From a virus (lineage: Duplodnaviria; Caudoviricetes): a stretch of 41,744 nt of DNA. How positions within the stretch are numbered: position 1 is the first letter of the stretch; every line of letters starts with the position of its first letter. The notes below the pieces were generated by a model that saw only the letters and a program-made list of their open reading frames with translations, did no database searches and was not told where the DNA came from. Below, piece after piece: positions 7,851 to 16,889 of the stretch. The stretch spans positions 1 to 41,744 of the IMG/VR virus record IMGVR_UViG_3300049141_000006; one strand, 5' to 3'. The position numbers and the translations under genes were made by a program.

Positions 7851-9704
7851 TCAGACGTCAGCGCCGTACAGCGAGCCCCACGAGCGCCCACCTAGTTCCG
7901 CCTCAGCGACGACCGGCACGCCGAACAGGTCCATGGTCATGCAGCGCTCAAACTCGCGCGCAATGTCCTTGACGTCCGACTTCGGGGCGCTGAACACGAT
8001 CTCGTCATGGATCGGCAGCTTCATGTACTCCAGAAGACCGGCTTCGCGCATGTTCATCATGGCTTGCCCCAGGACGTCACGCGCCGCGGACTGACACTGA
8101 TAGTTCACGACGGCGTACGTCCGGTGCCGGTCGAGCGGAAGGCGACGGCCGGTCACGGACACAGTGACTAGGCCGGTTGCCCGCGCTTCCCGCTGCCACT
8201 TCGACGACGCGCGCTTGATCTCCGGAAACACACGATCGTACTCCCGCACAGCGTGGGCAATCTCAGCCTCAGGTGCGCCGGTCTGCCTGCTAATCGTGCG
8301 GATGCCGCCACCGTAGACCTTTCCGAACCCGGCGCCTTTGAAGACCTTTCGGTGACGCTTCGTGGCGCCTTCGCCCTTGATGAGCTGCGCCGTGTACATG
8401 TGAATGTCGAAGTCGGAGCCGCCATTGATGAAGCCGTGTTTCATGCGCTTCACATTGGCCAGGGCCGCGAGCACGCGCATTTCGATTGCCTGGAAGTCGA
8501 CGCTTCCCATGACGTGATCCGGCGCGTCACCCACGACGGCGCGGCGAATCATCCAGTCGGACGACGGCAGCGTTTGAGCCGCGAAGTCGCCCGTGATGGA
8601 CATGCGCCCCGTGCGTGCTTGGAGCGTGTTAATGGTCGGGTGGATGCGCCCCAGCGGGTCATGATTCGCCGCGAACTTGTCGGCGTAGCTCGTCACCCAC
8701 TTACCCGCGCGCTTCGCCTTCAGGACGGCATAGGCGAGCGGGTTCGGCTCACGCGCCCCGATACGGTCCCAATCCCGGTCTAGGTCGGCGAGGGGGAGTA
8801 GGACTTCCTTGTCGACCTTCAGCGCCCCGCCGTCGGTCGTCTCTGTGAGCGTCTCACCCATGGCAAGCAGCGCTTCCGAGACCTGGGCGCCGGAGTTGAC
8901 CGACTGCACGCCCCAACCGGCGGCAATCTCAAGGTACTTCGACTCTTCCTCGCGCAACATGCGGCGGAGCGTGTCGACATACTCAAGATCGAGCACGAGC
9001 CCCGCGCGCTGCATGTAGGCGCACATGTAGGCAATCTCGTGCTCGTACTCCAGAAGCGCCGGACGGATGCTCAGGCGCGTGTGTTCGGCGTCAAGGCACG
9101 GGTTCAGCCGCGCCGTGTAAATCACGTCGAGACCGGCATACAAGTTGTAGGTCGGGTGCCGAAGGTCGATCAGCGCGAAGCCGGTTGCCTTCGTCAGCTT
9201 CAGTTCCCGGAAAACCGCCGTAAGGTCGCCCTGGGTGTCTGCCGCCGACGGATCCACGTAGTAGGCGCTCAGCGGCTTCAGGCCGGTCCCTATGCCGCCT
9301 TCCTGAGGCTGCCGCGGATCGATCAGCGTTGCCTTGATCTTCGTGTCCGTCGTGCGCGGGGCGAGCGACTCCATGGACACAGGCGTGTGCGCGTCGAGCA
9401 CGAGCCAGTCGAACGGCGCGTTGTGGATCAGGAAGCGCGGGCAGTGCTTCAGCACCCAGTCGGCGGCTTCCTGAAAGCGCCCACCCAGCTCGTAATGGAT
9501 AACCCACGCTTCATGCGTCGTGCCGAATTGCACTGTGCGGAGGCGGTAACCGGCGGCGTAGATATCGAGCCCGGTCGTTTCCGTGTCGAGCGCAAGTTCC
9601 GGCTTCGTGCGCGCCCAATGCATGAATTCGCGAAGGTCGGCGTCAGTTTCCGGAATGCGGATTGTGACGACTTCCCCGGCCACGGCATGGTGATACGTGA
9701 TCAT
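7851..9704 (-). CDS. Family A DNA polymerase with 3'-5' exonuclease
   Basis: Exo motifs LDTETTG, HNAPFD, YAGLD; pol motifs A (DFQAIEMR), B (RKVFKGAGFGKVYG), C (IHDEI). Confidence 0.95.
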   Translation of the reverse strand: MITYHHAVAGEVVTIRIPETDADLREFMHWARTKPELALDTETTGLDIYAAGYRLRTVQFGTTHEAWVIHYELGGRFQEAADWVLKHCPRFLIHNAPFDWLVLDAHTPVSMESLAPRTTDTKIKATLIDPRQPQEGGIGTGLKPLSAYYVDPSAADTQGDLTAVFRELKLTKATGFALIDLRHPTYNLYAGLDVIYTARLNPCLDAEHTRLSIRPALLEYEHEIAYMCAYMQRAGLVLDLEYVDTLRRMLREEESKYLEIAAGWGVQSVNSGAQVSEALLAMGETLTETTDGGALKVDKEVLLPLADLDRDWDRIGAREPNPLAYAVLKAKRAGKWVTSYADKFAANHDPLGRIHPTINTLQARTGRMSITGDFAAQTLPSSDWMIRRAVVGDAPDHVMGSVDFQAIEMRVLAALANVKRMKHGFINGGSDFDIHMYTAQLIKGEGATKRHRKVFKGAGFGKVYGGGIRTISRQTGAPEAEIAHAVREYDRVFPEIKRASSKWQREARATGLVTVSVTGRRLPLDRHRTYAVVNYQCQSAARDVLGQAMMNMREAGLLEYMKLPIHDEIVFSAPKSDVKDIAREFERCMTMDLFGVPVVAEAELGGRSWGSLYGADV

Positions 9705-9732
9705 GTCTCAACTCCCTTCACTCACTGGCCAG

Positions 9733-9748
9733 GAAGGGAGTCGGTGAC
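9733..9748 (-). promoter_or_regulatory. Phage-specific promoter motif
   Basis: Perfect copy upstream of the DNA polymerase. Confidence 0.7.
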
Positions 9749-9781
9749 CTGGGCGCCGCGGGCATGCAAAAGCGCCCCAAC

Positions 9782-9797
9782 CTACTCACGTGAGTAA
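9782..9797. promoter_or_regulatory. Palindromic operator within terminator hairpin 9769-9809
   Basis: 41 bp identical to 3999-4039. Confidence 0.8.
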
Positions 9798-9814
9798 GCT
9801 GGGGCGCTTCGCGC

Positions 9815-12241
9815 TCAGTCCTTCGCGAAGATGCCGGGTCCAGTCGGCGCGGCAGGCGCGTCGGCCACTCGCACGCCGATCAGCGCGATACCCGCACGCG
9901 TCTTCATCTTCGACACGTTGCGCTCTTCCATGGCGCCGTAGAAGGCCTTACGCGACCACACTTCCTTGCGCTGGAGTCCTTCCGCCTCACACCAGTCGGT
10001 GTAAGCCGTGTACGCGTCGGCGCCGGGCATGATGTGCGAGTCGTCGGCCGGTTCGAGAATGCCCGGGAAGAATCCGGCGAGCGCATCGGACGTGGCCCGG
10101 TATTCGCGCGTTGCGCTGGAAATGCACTCCGGGTCGCGCAGCCCTTCCGCGTACCATTCCACGGCGCCGCGCACCGCCCACGCGATAATGCCCGCAGATT
10201 CGGCGCGCAACTTCCGGTCAAGGTCGTAATCGCGCTCGTGCGGCGCGAAATACCGGGTGAACGGAATGAGCTTCACGCGCCGCCAAAGCCCTTCGTCCTG
10301 AGACTTGAACTTCGGCTTGTGGTTCGTGGCGAGAAGGATCAGGAATGTCGGCGCGAAGGTGAAAAACTCCTGCCGCAGAAAGCGCGCCGTGACCTTGTCC
10401 TTGCCGGTGACGCGCTTCAGGACGGCTTCCGACATGGGCTTGCCGGACTCACCCTCGGACGCCATGACGAGCCGGGCACCGCGAAGCGCGGCAAGGTCAT
10501 TCGGAATGCCCCCTCCGCTGCCCTTGTCTTCGAACGTGGCGAAGGGAGTCGTCTTCGTGATCCGGCCGAACACGTCGGTCAGAGTTTCCGTAAAGACGCT
10601 CTTCCCGTTGGCACCCTTTCCCCACAAAACCCCAAAACACTGTTCGCTCGTGTTGCCCGTGATGCCGTAGCCGACGAGCCGACGCATGTAGCCGACAAGA
10701 TCGGCGTTGTCCGGGAAGATCTCAGTGAGGAACTGTTCCCAGCGCGGAGCCTTCGCCGTCGGGTCGTACTCCAGCGGCAGGGAGACCGTCAGCATGTCGC
10801 CCTTGTCGTGCGCGCGGAGCTTGCCGGTGCGCAGGTCGACGACGCCGTTCGCGAAGCTCAGAAGGTGCGGCTTCGCGTCGAACTCCTCAGCGTCCACGTA
10901 CACGCTGGGCACGCTGCGAAGCTCCGTCATGAGCGCGTCGATACGCGTCGTCATGGTGAAGCCGCGCGACTCTGGCAGGCACCCGGCGAGCACGAGCGCC
11001 GCCCCCATGGCGTGGATCTCCTGCCGCACGCGCGTCGCCGACTTCACCCACGTCACGCCGTCCCACACGAAGTAGCCCAACCCGGGGGCGTACTTAATCC
11101 GGCCGTCCGTCCACGCGACCAATGCGTGAGCGTTCATCGCGTCCGATTCGCCGTACGTCGACACAAGGTCACCCAGGATGCGCGCAGCGTCGGCGCCCTG
11201 GTCGCTGCTGATCTGAACGGCGCCGGTCCGCTGGGCTACTTCGGCCTTACGGTGCTGGGCTTCGACCTGCGCACGGTCACGCACGGGGCGAGCCGACTTG
11301 ACGGCAGCGTGAAGGGCCGAAGGGAAGCCCGCCGGGTCACGCTCGCGCCAATCCGTCAAGTCGTCGCCGGGCTGGGGGAGCGTCAGCGCGTGCACGTCGA
11401 TGCCGTGGGCGGCAAGCCCCTCAGACAGCCGCAGCGTGAAGGACGTGCCCGCCGTGTCGTTGTCTCCACACACGACGACCTGAACGCCCCTCAGACCCTC
11501 GGCAAGCTCCGCGACAAGCTCCGGGTTGTTGGCCAGCGAAGCGCCCCGGACGGCAACGGCGTCATAGCCGACGGACACAGCGGTGAGCGCATCGCCGGGA
11601 CCCTCAGTGACCAGCATGACCCCGTACCCGGCTTCGCCCCGGAACACGCCGTACGGCGCCCACCTCTGCCCCTCAGGGTTGCTCAGGCTCAGCCACCGCC
11701 CAGGGCACTTCCCGCTGAGGTCACGCCCCTGAGCACCACGGGTCACGCCGTCGAAGCCCTTCAGCGGAACGACGAGCCGCGGGAAGCGCTGGAAGGCCGA
11801 CGACACAAACGCCGGTCGCTCACTCGACGGGGCGCCGGTAGAGAAGCGCAGCCCCAGCCGGTCATAGTCCGCGTACGAGATACCGAAGCGCTCCGCGGCG
11901 TACAGTGCGGCGTCCAACGTGTCCGGCGTGGGCTTCATCGACTCCAGCCACATGCGGAGCGCAACCACGTTCGCCGGGCCAACCATCTGCGGTCGCTCCT
12001 TCGGGACGGTCGCCCCCTCGCCGGTCGCGTTGAACAGGTCTGCCCAGCGAAGCCCCGCCGACTTGACGACCTGTTCCGGCTTGCACGACGCCCGGCACGT
12101 GAGCCGAACCTTCAGGTCGTCGCCCCGCCAGATACGCAGCGAAGGCTTGCTGTCGTCGTGCGCCGGGCACAGCGCGATGTACCCGCCGTCGTCGTGCGGC
12201 TGGACGCTGCTGAACCGGCTGAGCAGGTCTACAAACTCCAT
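9815..12241 (-). CDS. P4 alpha/D5-type DNA primase-helicase (Zn finger, TOPRIM, SF3 helicase)
   Basis: CPAHDD..PSL...CRASC; TEGPGDA and GDND; Walker A GKGANGKS; ILLATNHKP. Confidence 0.93.
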   Translation of the reverse strand: MEFVDLLSRFSSVQPHDDGGYIALCPAHDDSKPSLRIWRGDDLKVRLTCRASCKPEQVVKSAGLRWADLFNATGEGATVPKERPQMVGPANVVALRMWLESMKPTPDTLDAALYAAERFGISYADYDRLGLRFSTGAPSSERPAFVSSAFQRFPRLVVPLKGFDGVTRGAQGRDLSGKCPGRWLSLSNPEGQRWAPYGVFRGEAGYGVMLVTEGPGDALTAVSVGYDAVAVRGASLANNPELVAELAEGLRGVQVVVCGDNDTAGTSFTLRLSEGLAAHGIDVHALTLPQPGDDLTDWRERDPAGFPSALHAAVKSARPVRDRAQVEAQHRKAEVAQRTGAVQISSDQGADAARILGDLVSTYGESDAMNAHALVAWTDGRIKYAPGLGYFVWDGVTWVKSATRVRQEIHAMGAALVLAGCLPESRGFTMTTRIDALMTELRSVPSVYVDAEEFDAKPHLLSFANGVVDLRTGKLRAHDKGDMLTVSLPLEYDPTAKAPRWEQFLTEIFPDNADLVGYMRRLVGYGITGNTSEQCFGVLWGKGANGKSVFTETLTDVFGRITKTTPFATFEDKGSGGGIPNDLAALRGARLVMASEGESGKPMSEAVLKRVTGKDKVTARFLRQEFFTFAPTFLILLATNHKPKFKSQDEGLWRRVKLIPFTRYFAPHERDYDLDRKLRAESAGIIAWAVRGAVEWYAEGLRDPECISSATREYRATSDALAGFFPGILEPADDSHIMPGADAYTAYTDWCEAEGLQRKEVWSRKAFYGAMEERNVSKMKTRAGIALIGVRVADAPAAPTGPGIFAKD

Positions 12242-12651
12242 GGAAGGTCCCTTCTCTCTGGCTTCGGGGGCTTAGAAGGGAGTCGGTTACCTGCCGCCGG
12301 TCCGAACGTCATCGCCCAGTCGGCGAGCGTTTTAGCGCCCTTGCTGAGATTGCAGGGAGCGCACGCCGGAAGCATGTTGTGCGCAGCGTCGGCGCCCCCT
12401 TTGCTGAGCGGGTGCACGTGGTCGAGATGGGTCGCGCGATCGTCGCAGTAGGCGCAGCGATACCCCCAGCGGCGCATGATCTCCGTGCGGCTGTACTCCG
12501 CGTGCTCGACCCCGTAGGCCGTGGCCCGGCGCTTCTGGCTCAGCGTGTGCCGCTTGTCCTTCGGGAGCTTGCGGTAATAGTCCTTGATGTATGCCTTCCG
12601 CCGCTTGTTCCGGCAGGGCTGGCAAGGGCACTTCGGCGGGTGTGCGCTCAC
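12229..12651 (-). CDS. HNH endonuclease
   Basis: CAYC..DHVHPLSKGG...NMLPACAPCNLSKG. Confidence 0.9.
   Translation of the reverse strand: MSAHPPKCPCQPCRNKRRKAYIKDYYRKLPKDKRHTLSQKRRATAYGVEHAEYSRTEIMRRWGYRCAYCDDRATHLDHVHPLSKGGADAAHNMLPACAPCNLSKGAKTLADWAMTFGPAAGNRLPSKPPKPERRDLPWSL
12275..12290 (-). promoter_or_regulatory. Phage-specific promoter motif
   Basis: GTAACCGACTCCCTTC upstream of the primase, inside the HNH 3' end. Confidence 0.7.
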
Positions 12652-12833
12652 TGGCCCCACCACGTAATCGAAGCGCCGCGGGTAATGGCCACACCCAGCG
12701 CGTCAAGGTAGCGTCCCCAGTCGCCCCGATCGGTCGCGCCCTTCACGATAAAGACCGTGTCACCCGACGTCAGTGCCCGGACGTCGCCCAGGGCAGGCGC
12801 CTTCTTCGGGCCAATGAACAGTTCTGTCGCCAT
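12648..12833 (-). CDS. Hypothetical protein
   Basis: 61 aa ORF coupled to the HNH gene. Confidence 0.65.
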   Translation of the reverse strand: MATELFIGPKKAPALGDVRALTSGDTVFIVKGATDRGDWGRYLDALGVAITRGASITWWGQ

Positions 12834-12841
12834 TTCCTAAC

Positions 12842-12857
12842 CTACTCACGTGAGTAG
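12842..12857. promoter_or_regulatory. Palindromic operator (CIR-like)
   Basis: Perfect copy next to hairpin ~12868-12908. Confidence 0.8.
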
Positions 12858-12913
12858 GCTGAAACACGAAAAGCCCCCGTACGAAGCGCATTGCTCCGCC
12901 GGGGGCTCCGTGT

Positions 12914-13204
12914 TCAGCCGTTCCTTTGGCCGGTCACGTTGCTGCGCAGAAGGCGCACGTGATCCGTCCCTATCCACTCCGCGCGCAATGACTTGCGCTC
13001 CGTCAACCCGTCACGGGATTCCACGCCGGTCGGCTGAATCTTCAGGAATGGAATCCGCTTGCCCTTGAAGCGCCGGATTTCGATTTCCCGAATGATTGCG
13101 TCAGCGGCGCGGGTGCCGTTCCCGCAACGGGTCGCGTAGTTGACTAGGTCACCGACGTACAGGGCTTCCCCGGCGTAGTCGGTGACCGTTCCTCGCTGTG
13201 CCAC
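12914..13204 (-). CDS. Hypothetical phage protein
   Basis: GTG overlapping upstream stop; TDYAGEALYVGDLVNY. Confidence 0.7.
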   Translation of the reverse strand: MAQRGTVTDYAGEALYVGDLVNYATRCGNGTRAADAIIREIEIRRFKGKRIPFLKIQPTGVESRDGLTERKSLRAEWIGTDHVRLLRSNVTGQRNG

Positions 13205-13386
13205 TAGCTGTACTCCGGGTCGAAGTCGTCGGCCGTCGGCATGCCGAATCGGCGGGCACGTTGATGAAGGACGGCGCGACGAGCTTCCGGCGGGTACTGC
13301 CACAGCGGAGCCCGCACAGCTTCGTCACTCGCGCTCGCCATGACATGCGCCCACGCTTCCGGTGACGCTGCCTCGCGCGCGATCAC
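13204..13386 (-). CDS. Hypothetical protein
   Basis: 60 aa, coupled on both sides. Confidence 0.65.
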   Translation of the reverse strand: MIAREAASPEAWAHVMASASDEAVRAPLWQYPPEARRAVLHQRARRFGMPTADDFDPEYS

Positions 13387-14102
13387 TCGGCAATGGCGTC
13401 GTTGTACGCCTTGATAACCCGGATCACGGGCTTCGTGTACGACACGAGCTTGTTCCGCATCGGCCCCTTCGACGGCGTGTACTCGACGTACTCAAGCTCA
13501 AGGTTCGCGAGCGCCGTCGTGCCGACACGGTCAAGCGCGTCCATGGCTTCATGGAGCACCGCAGCGAGCGTCCAGCTACCCGTCTGAAACTTGAACTTGC
13601 CCAGCTCCGGATCGTCGGCAAGGCGGAAGGTCACCGTGATCGAAGGGTTCGGCCCCTGATAGTCCTTCGCAGCCTGCTTGCGCTCAGCGAACAGAGTCGG
13701 GCAGCCGCAGGGCTCACCCTTCTTCTCGTCGGGCGACACGAAGTTGACGCCGTCGCAGTGATGGATCAGCTTGCCGTTCACCCACTGCTTCATGTCGGCG
13801 TGGATGCCGTCCGGCTCGATGATCACGGGGATCTTCGTGGCGGAGGTGAACACGTCGATGAAGTTCTCAGACGTGGACTCCTCGTTCTCGACCGGCGTGC
13901 CGCCGAAGAGCTGGGCGACGGCCTCAGACACGACCTTCTCGCCAGTGCTGACGCGCCACTCGCTGAGCGCAACGGGACGGGGCTTCTTGCCGGTCTCGTC
14001 CATGTAGCCGGAGTGCAGACGGCCGACCGTGTCATCGGTGTACGTCTCGCGCGCCTTCGGCTTGTTGTCCGGGTCGGTCGCCCACAGGTTGAAGCCAGCC
14101 AC
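13383..14102 (-). CDS. Recombination directionality factor, phiC31 gp3-like
   Basis: [46 protein letters not shown]; ~240 aa; early-region position as in phiC31-type phages. Confidence 0.85.
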   Translation of the reverse strand: MAGFNLWATDPDNKPKARETYTDDTVGRLHSGYMDETGKKPRPVALSEWRVSTGEKVVSEAVAQLFGGTPVENEESTSENFIDVFTSATKIPVIIEPDGIHADMKQWVNGKLIHHCDGVNFVSPDEKKGEPCGCPTLFAERKQAAKDYQGPNPSITVTFRLADDPELGKFKFQTGSWTLAAVLHEAMDALDRVGTTALANLELEYVEYTPSKGPMRNKLVSYTKPVIRVIKAYNDAIAE

Positions 14103-14194
14103 TAGGGATCTCCCTTGATAGGCGGGCGGGAAGGGTCGGCGCACTCAGCGCTTCCGGCTTCCCGCCCGTCTCGTGTTTCTCTGTCCCCTTTGGT

Positions 14195-14210
14195 GAAGGG
14201 AGTCGGTGAC
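14195..14210 (-). promoter_or_regulatory. Phage-specific promoter motif
   Basis: Perfect copy just after a U-tailed hairpin (~14231-14268). Confidence 0.7.
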
Positions 14211-14296
14211 CTGACACAAAGGGGAATACAAAAAACCCCCCAGCGCCCTTGTGAGGCACTGAGGGGTTCCGTGTGGGGGATTGGGGCAACCGGCCG

Positions 14297-14509
14297 CTAG
14301 TTGCGCGTAGCAGGCGACACGGCGAGCCCCAGAAGGCCGACCAGGCCCACGACGTACGTGCAGTCAACGAAGCCCAGCGCGGGAACGGCGGCGTTGTGGT
14401 GGTGCCACAGGGCCAGGTACAGCATGACGGCGAGCGCGGCCACGGCCAGGCCGACGACGGCGAGCACGAACCAGACGGCGAAGACCTTCAGGAAGTCGAG
14501 CACGGGCAT
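14297..14509 (-). CDS. Small two-helix membrane protein (start may be GTG 14503)
   Basis: Two hydrophobic segments; RBS GAAGGAG. Confidence 0.65.
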   Translation of the reverse strand: MPVLDFLKVFAVWFVLAVVGLAVAALAVMLYLALWHHHNAAVPALGFVDCTYVVGLVGLLGLAVSPATRN

Positions 14510-14540
14510 TCTCCTTCAGCGGGTTGCTTACGACTGGGGT

Positions 14541-14556
14541 GAAGGGAGTCGGTGAC
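14541..14556 (-). promoter_or_regulatory. Phage-specific promoter motif
   Basis: Perfect copy. Confidence 0.7.
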
Positions 14557-14621
14557 TAGCCGCCGCAGCTTCCGCAGAGGCCGGAACGCTGGGGATTGCA
14601 CAGACAGTTGGGTCCAGACAC
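14556..14621 (-). CDS. Putative 21 aa Cys-rich peptide MSGPNCLCNPQRSGLCGSCGG
   Basis: AGGAAGGGAG RBS 6 nt before GTG; exactly fills the gap between two promoter motifs. Confidence 0.45.
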   Translation of the reverse strand: MSGPNCLCNPQRSGLCGSCGG

Positions 14622-14654
14622 GAAAAACTCCCTTCCTGATCTTCTGAAGACCAG

Positions 14655-14670
14655 GAAGGGAGTCGGTGAC
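14655..14670 (-). promoter_or_regulatory. Phage-specific promoter motif forming the 5' arm of a U-tailed hairpin
   Basis: ACTCCCTTCCTG...CAGGAAGGGAGT-TTTT. Confidence 0.7.
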
Positions 14671-14933
14671 TAACTGACCGGCGACCACTCAGGCCGACAG
14701 GTTTCGATCTCAGCGGACACGACATGCCCGTAAGCCGATTCGACCCCCTTCATACTGGTCGCTGCGTGGCGCCGGACGTACGGGCCGAAGTACTCCGTGT
14801 GCGTCTCGCCGGTCGGCAGGTACGGCAGCACGCCACACCCGTACCCCGTGTACTCCGGGTTCGGCTTCATGACGGCGCGCTCGACCTTCAGCCGGTACAG
14901 CGGCTCAGGCCCCTTCATGGTTCGCGTTGCCAC
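14670..14933 (-). CDS. Hypothetical protein
   Basis: 87 aa, coupled to the nuclease gene. Confidence 0.65.
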   Translation of the reverse strand: MATRTMKGPEPLYRLKVERAVMKPNPEYTGYGCGVLPYLPTGETHTEYFGPYVRRHAATSMKGVESAYGHVVSAEIETCRPEWSPVS

Positions 14934-15778
14934 TAGCGCGCCCTCCGCTGAGTGCCGGTCACGAGCTTCCCGGCCTTCTTCGCCAGGGGCTTGCCGATCA
15001 CCTTCCGCGACAGCTCACGGTCCCAGTCGAACGTGCCGCGGAGACGGAGGAACTCAGCGAACACGGCGTCACCCGTCTCGACCGGCTTGAACGCCCACGT
15101 CTCGTCAGTGATGTGCAGGACGGCCGCGCCGTCGAAAGCGGGCATGGGTTCCGTCTCGCCGGTCTCGCCGTCGATGACGAAGTCCGCGCGCATGTAGGCG
15201 GCTAGCTGGAGTGCCACGTCCGGGTAGGTCGCCTTCGAAGTCTTCCAGTCCGCCATGATCAAGTGCGGCGTGCCCGAACGGTCCGGCGTGATGTTGCCCG
15301 CAGCGTCGAGCCACACACGGAGCCACACGTCGAACGACCCGGCGTACCCGTACGTGTCCGACCACGCCACGTCCTCAGCGCGCACGAACTCAGGGTTGAC
15401 GGCTTCGAGGAACTCGCGGAAGTGCGTCACGTACGGCGTCAGATCGTCGCGCACGCGCCCCACGTACTCGCCGCGCATGATGCGCTCGAACAGGTCGTGA
15501 GCCTCCGACCCGACGTCAGCGCGAACCTTCGTGTACCGGCGGGCGGCGCCGCTGAGGTACTGAATCGCGCCGTCGCGGTCGCGCGCTGCCATGTCGGCAA
15601 CGAAGTCGATGCTGTCGACGGCGAGCGTCGCAGCCATCTTCGCGTTCCACGGTCCGAGGAAGTTCTGTTTCGGCAGCATGCCGATCACGGAAGTCACACC
15701 CGGGTGCACTAGGTCGCGCTCGATCGGGTGGACGTAGAAGCGGCTTCCGCCACGGTAGATAGTGCGAATCTTCGGCAC
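14933..15778 (-). CDS. PD-(D/E)XK (Cas4/RecB-like) exonuclease
   Basis: PGVTSVI, GSEAHDLFE, YAGSFD, ADWKTSK, QLAAY. Confidence 0.85.
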   Translation of the reverse strand: MPKIRTIYRGGSRFYVHPIERDLVHPGVTSVIGMLPKQNFLGPWNAKMAATLAVDSIDFVADMAARDRDGAIQYLSGAARRYTKVRADVGSEAHDLFERIMRGEYVGRVRDDLTPYVTHFREFLEAVNPEFVRAEDVAWSDTYGYAGSFDVWLRVWLDAAGNITPDRSGTPHLIMADWKTSKATYPDVALQLAAYMRADFVIDGETGETEPMPAFDGAAVLHITDETWAFKPVETGDAVFAEFLRLRGTFDWDRELSRKVIGKPLAKKAGKLVTGTQRRAR

Positions 15779-15817
15779 TGTGTGCCCCCTTCAGCGCAGG
15801 AGTTGTCTACCTGGTTT

Positions 15818-15833
15818 GAAGGGAGTCGGGGAC
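15818..15833 (-). promoter_or_regulatory. Phage-specific promoter motif
   Basis: GTCCCCGACTCCCTTC (one mismatch). Confidence 0.65.
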
Positions 15834-15837
15834 GTGC

Positions 15838-15943
15838 GTGACGTTGCGACGCTGGGACGTCGACTTCGGATTGCCTATAGAGATGTCTTATGTGAATTCA
15901 GAAAAGAAGTCACAGCGTCACAGCATCACGCATGGCTGGTCGG
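15838..15943. repeat. Duplicated iteron-flanked AT-rich element, copy 1 (candidate replication origin)
   Basis: 58 bp identical to 39349-39406, similarity continues ~48 bp; inverted octamer repeats flank an AT-rich core. Confidence 0.75.
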
Positions 15944-16016
15944 CGCTGTACGGCGCTGTGAGGGCATGACGAAGCCCCGCCGGTACGTGGAGACCCGACG
16001 GGGCTGTGAGGGGCGC

Positions 16017-16160
16017 CTAGGGGCGCGGAGGCTGGTTACTGCCCTGGCACATGGTCCCGCTGGGGTAGTGGACCCAGACGAGCACCCTGCCACGAATCCG
16101 CTTCACGGGCCGGTCTTCGCCGCAGACGGAACACGCGCGCCGTTCCCGCTTGCCGGACAT
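16017..16160 (-). CDS. 47 aa putative zinc-binding protein
   Basis: CSVCG...H.....C; GAGGGG RBS. Confidence 0.5.
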   Translation of the reverse strand: MSGKRERRACSVCGEDRPVKRIRGRVLVWVHYPSGTMCQGSNQPPRP

Positions 16161-16168
16161 GGCCACGG

Positions 16169-16381
16169 CTACCCCTCAACCCGTTCGACAGCAAGGGGCA
16201 TTCCGGGGCTTGCGGCTCCGGACACGGCTACGCCCAGGTGGTCATACCGCTTGCACGCGTAGACGTACTGCGGCTCTTCGTCGCTGAGTTGATGGACAGC
16301 CGGAAGGTACATGCGGAAGGCCACGCCCCCATCACACGGGCTCGACTCACGACCGGCTGAGACGCACTTCGGGTCACTCAC
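16169..16381 (-). CDS. Hypothetical protein
   Basis: GTGA-coupled ORF with three Cys. Confidence 0.55.
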   Translation of the reverse strand: MSDPKCVSAGRESSPCDGGVAFRMYLPAVHQLSDEEPQYVYACKRYDHLGVAVSGAASPGMPLAVERVEG

Positions 16382-16566
16382 TGCTGCCGCCCCTTCTCGA
16401 CCGGCAGTCCCAGCGCCGTCCGGCAGGCGCCACACGTCGGCTCACCCTTGCCCGCCGGGAAGCCTGCCATCGTTCCGCATTCCGTCATGTGGGGCGTCGG
16501 CGATTCCTTCAGTACGGCGTGTGTCTCGCTGCTGTTGAACGACTCGACGGTCAGGTGCTCACCCAT
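16378..16566 (-). CDS. Small Cys-containing hypothetical protein
   Basis: ECG...TCGAC; RBS AAGGAG. Confidence 0.65.
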   Translation of the reverse strand: MGEHLTVESFNSSETHAVLKESPTPHMTECGTMAGFPAGKGEPTCGACRTALGLPVEKGRQQ

Positions 16567-16819
16567 GGTTCGTCTCCTTCGCGGCTTCCCGCAGGCGCTT
16601 CTGTCGCGCGTCGATTGTGTCCGCGGCTTCGGCCAGGTGCTCTGCCCACCTTCGGGCTTCGTCCGGCGTCATGCGCAGCCTCACCGGTCGCCCATAGTCC
16701 GGGCCTGGGTCTGTGATCTCACCCTTCAAGAGAACTGAGTCCGCCGCTGCCAGTCCGACGGTTGAGTGCCCGTAACCGAAGCCAGTCACCCGGCCGTCCC
16801 TACTGGTCTTCCGTCCCAT
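16559..16819 (-). CDS. Hypothetical protein
   Basis: RBS GAAGGGGG; first gene after the repressor terminator. Confidence 0.7.
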   Translation of the reverse strand: MGRKTSRDGRVTGFGYGHSTVGLAAADSVLLKGEITDPGPDYGRPVRLRMTPDEARRWAEHLAEAADTIDARQKRLREAAKETNHG

Positions 16820-16840
16820 GCTGTGCCCCCTTCTACGAGC

Positions 16841-16870
16841 GGCGCCCCCAGGACCGTTCCCAGGGGCGCC
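16841..16870 (-). terminator. Hairpin after repressor
   Basis: GGCGCCCC...GGGGCGCC. Confidence 0.55.
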
Positions 16871-16889
16871 ACTCAGTGTGTCCGGCTGA

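Noticed and set aside
10034-12451. Long plus-strand ORFs (10034-12451, 17307-18962, 6209-7417, 1616-2800 and similar)
   Set aside because: Antisense shadows of high-GC minus-strand genes with clear motifs; no recognisable features of their own.
14933-15778. Cas4-like nuclease as evidence of a CRISPR system
   Set aside because: Stand-alone PD-(D/E)XK nucleases are routine in phage replication modules; no array is present.
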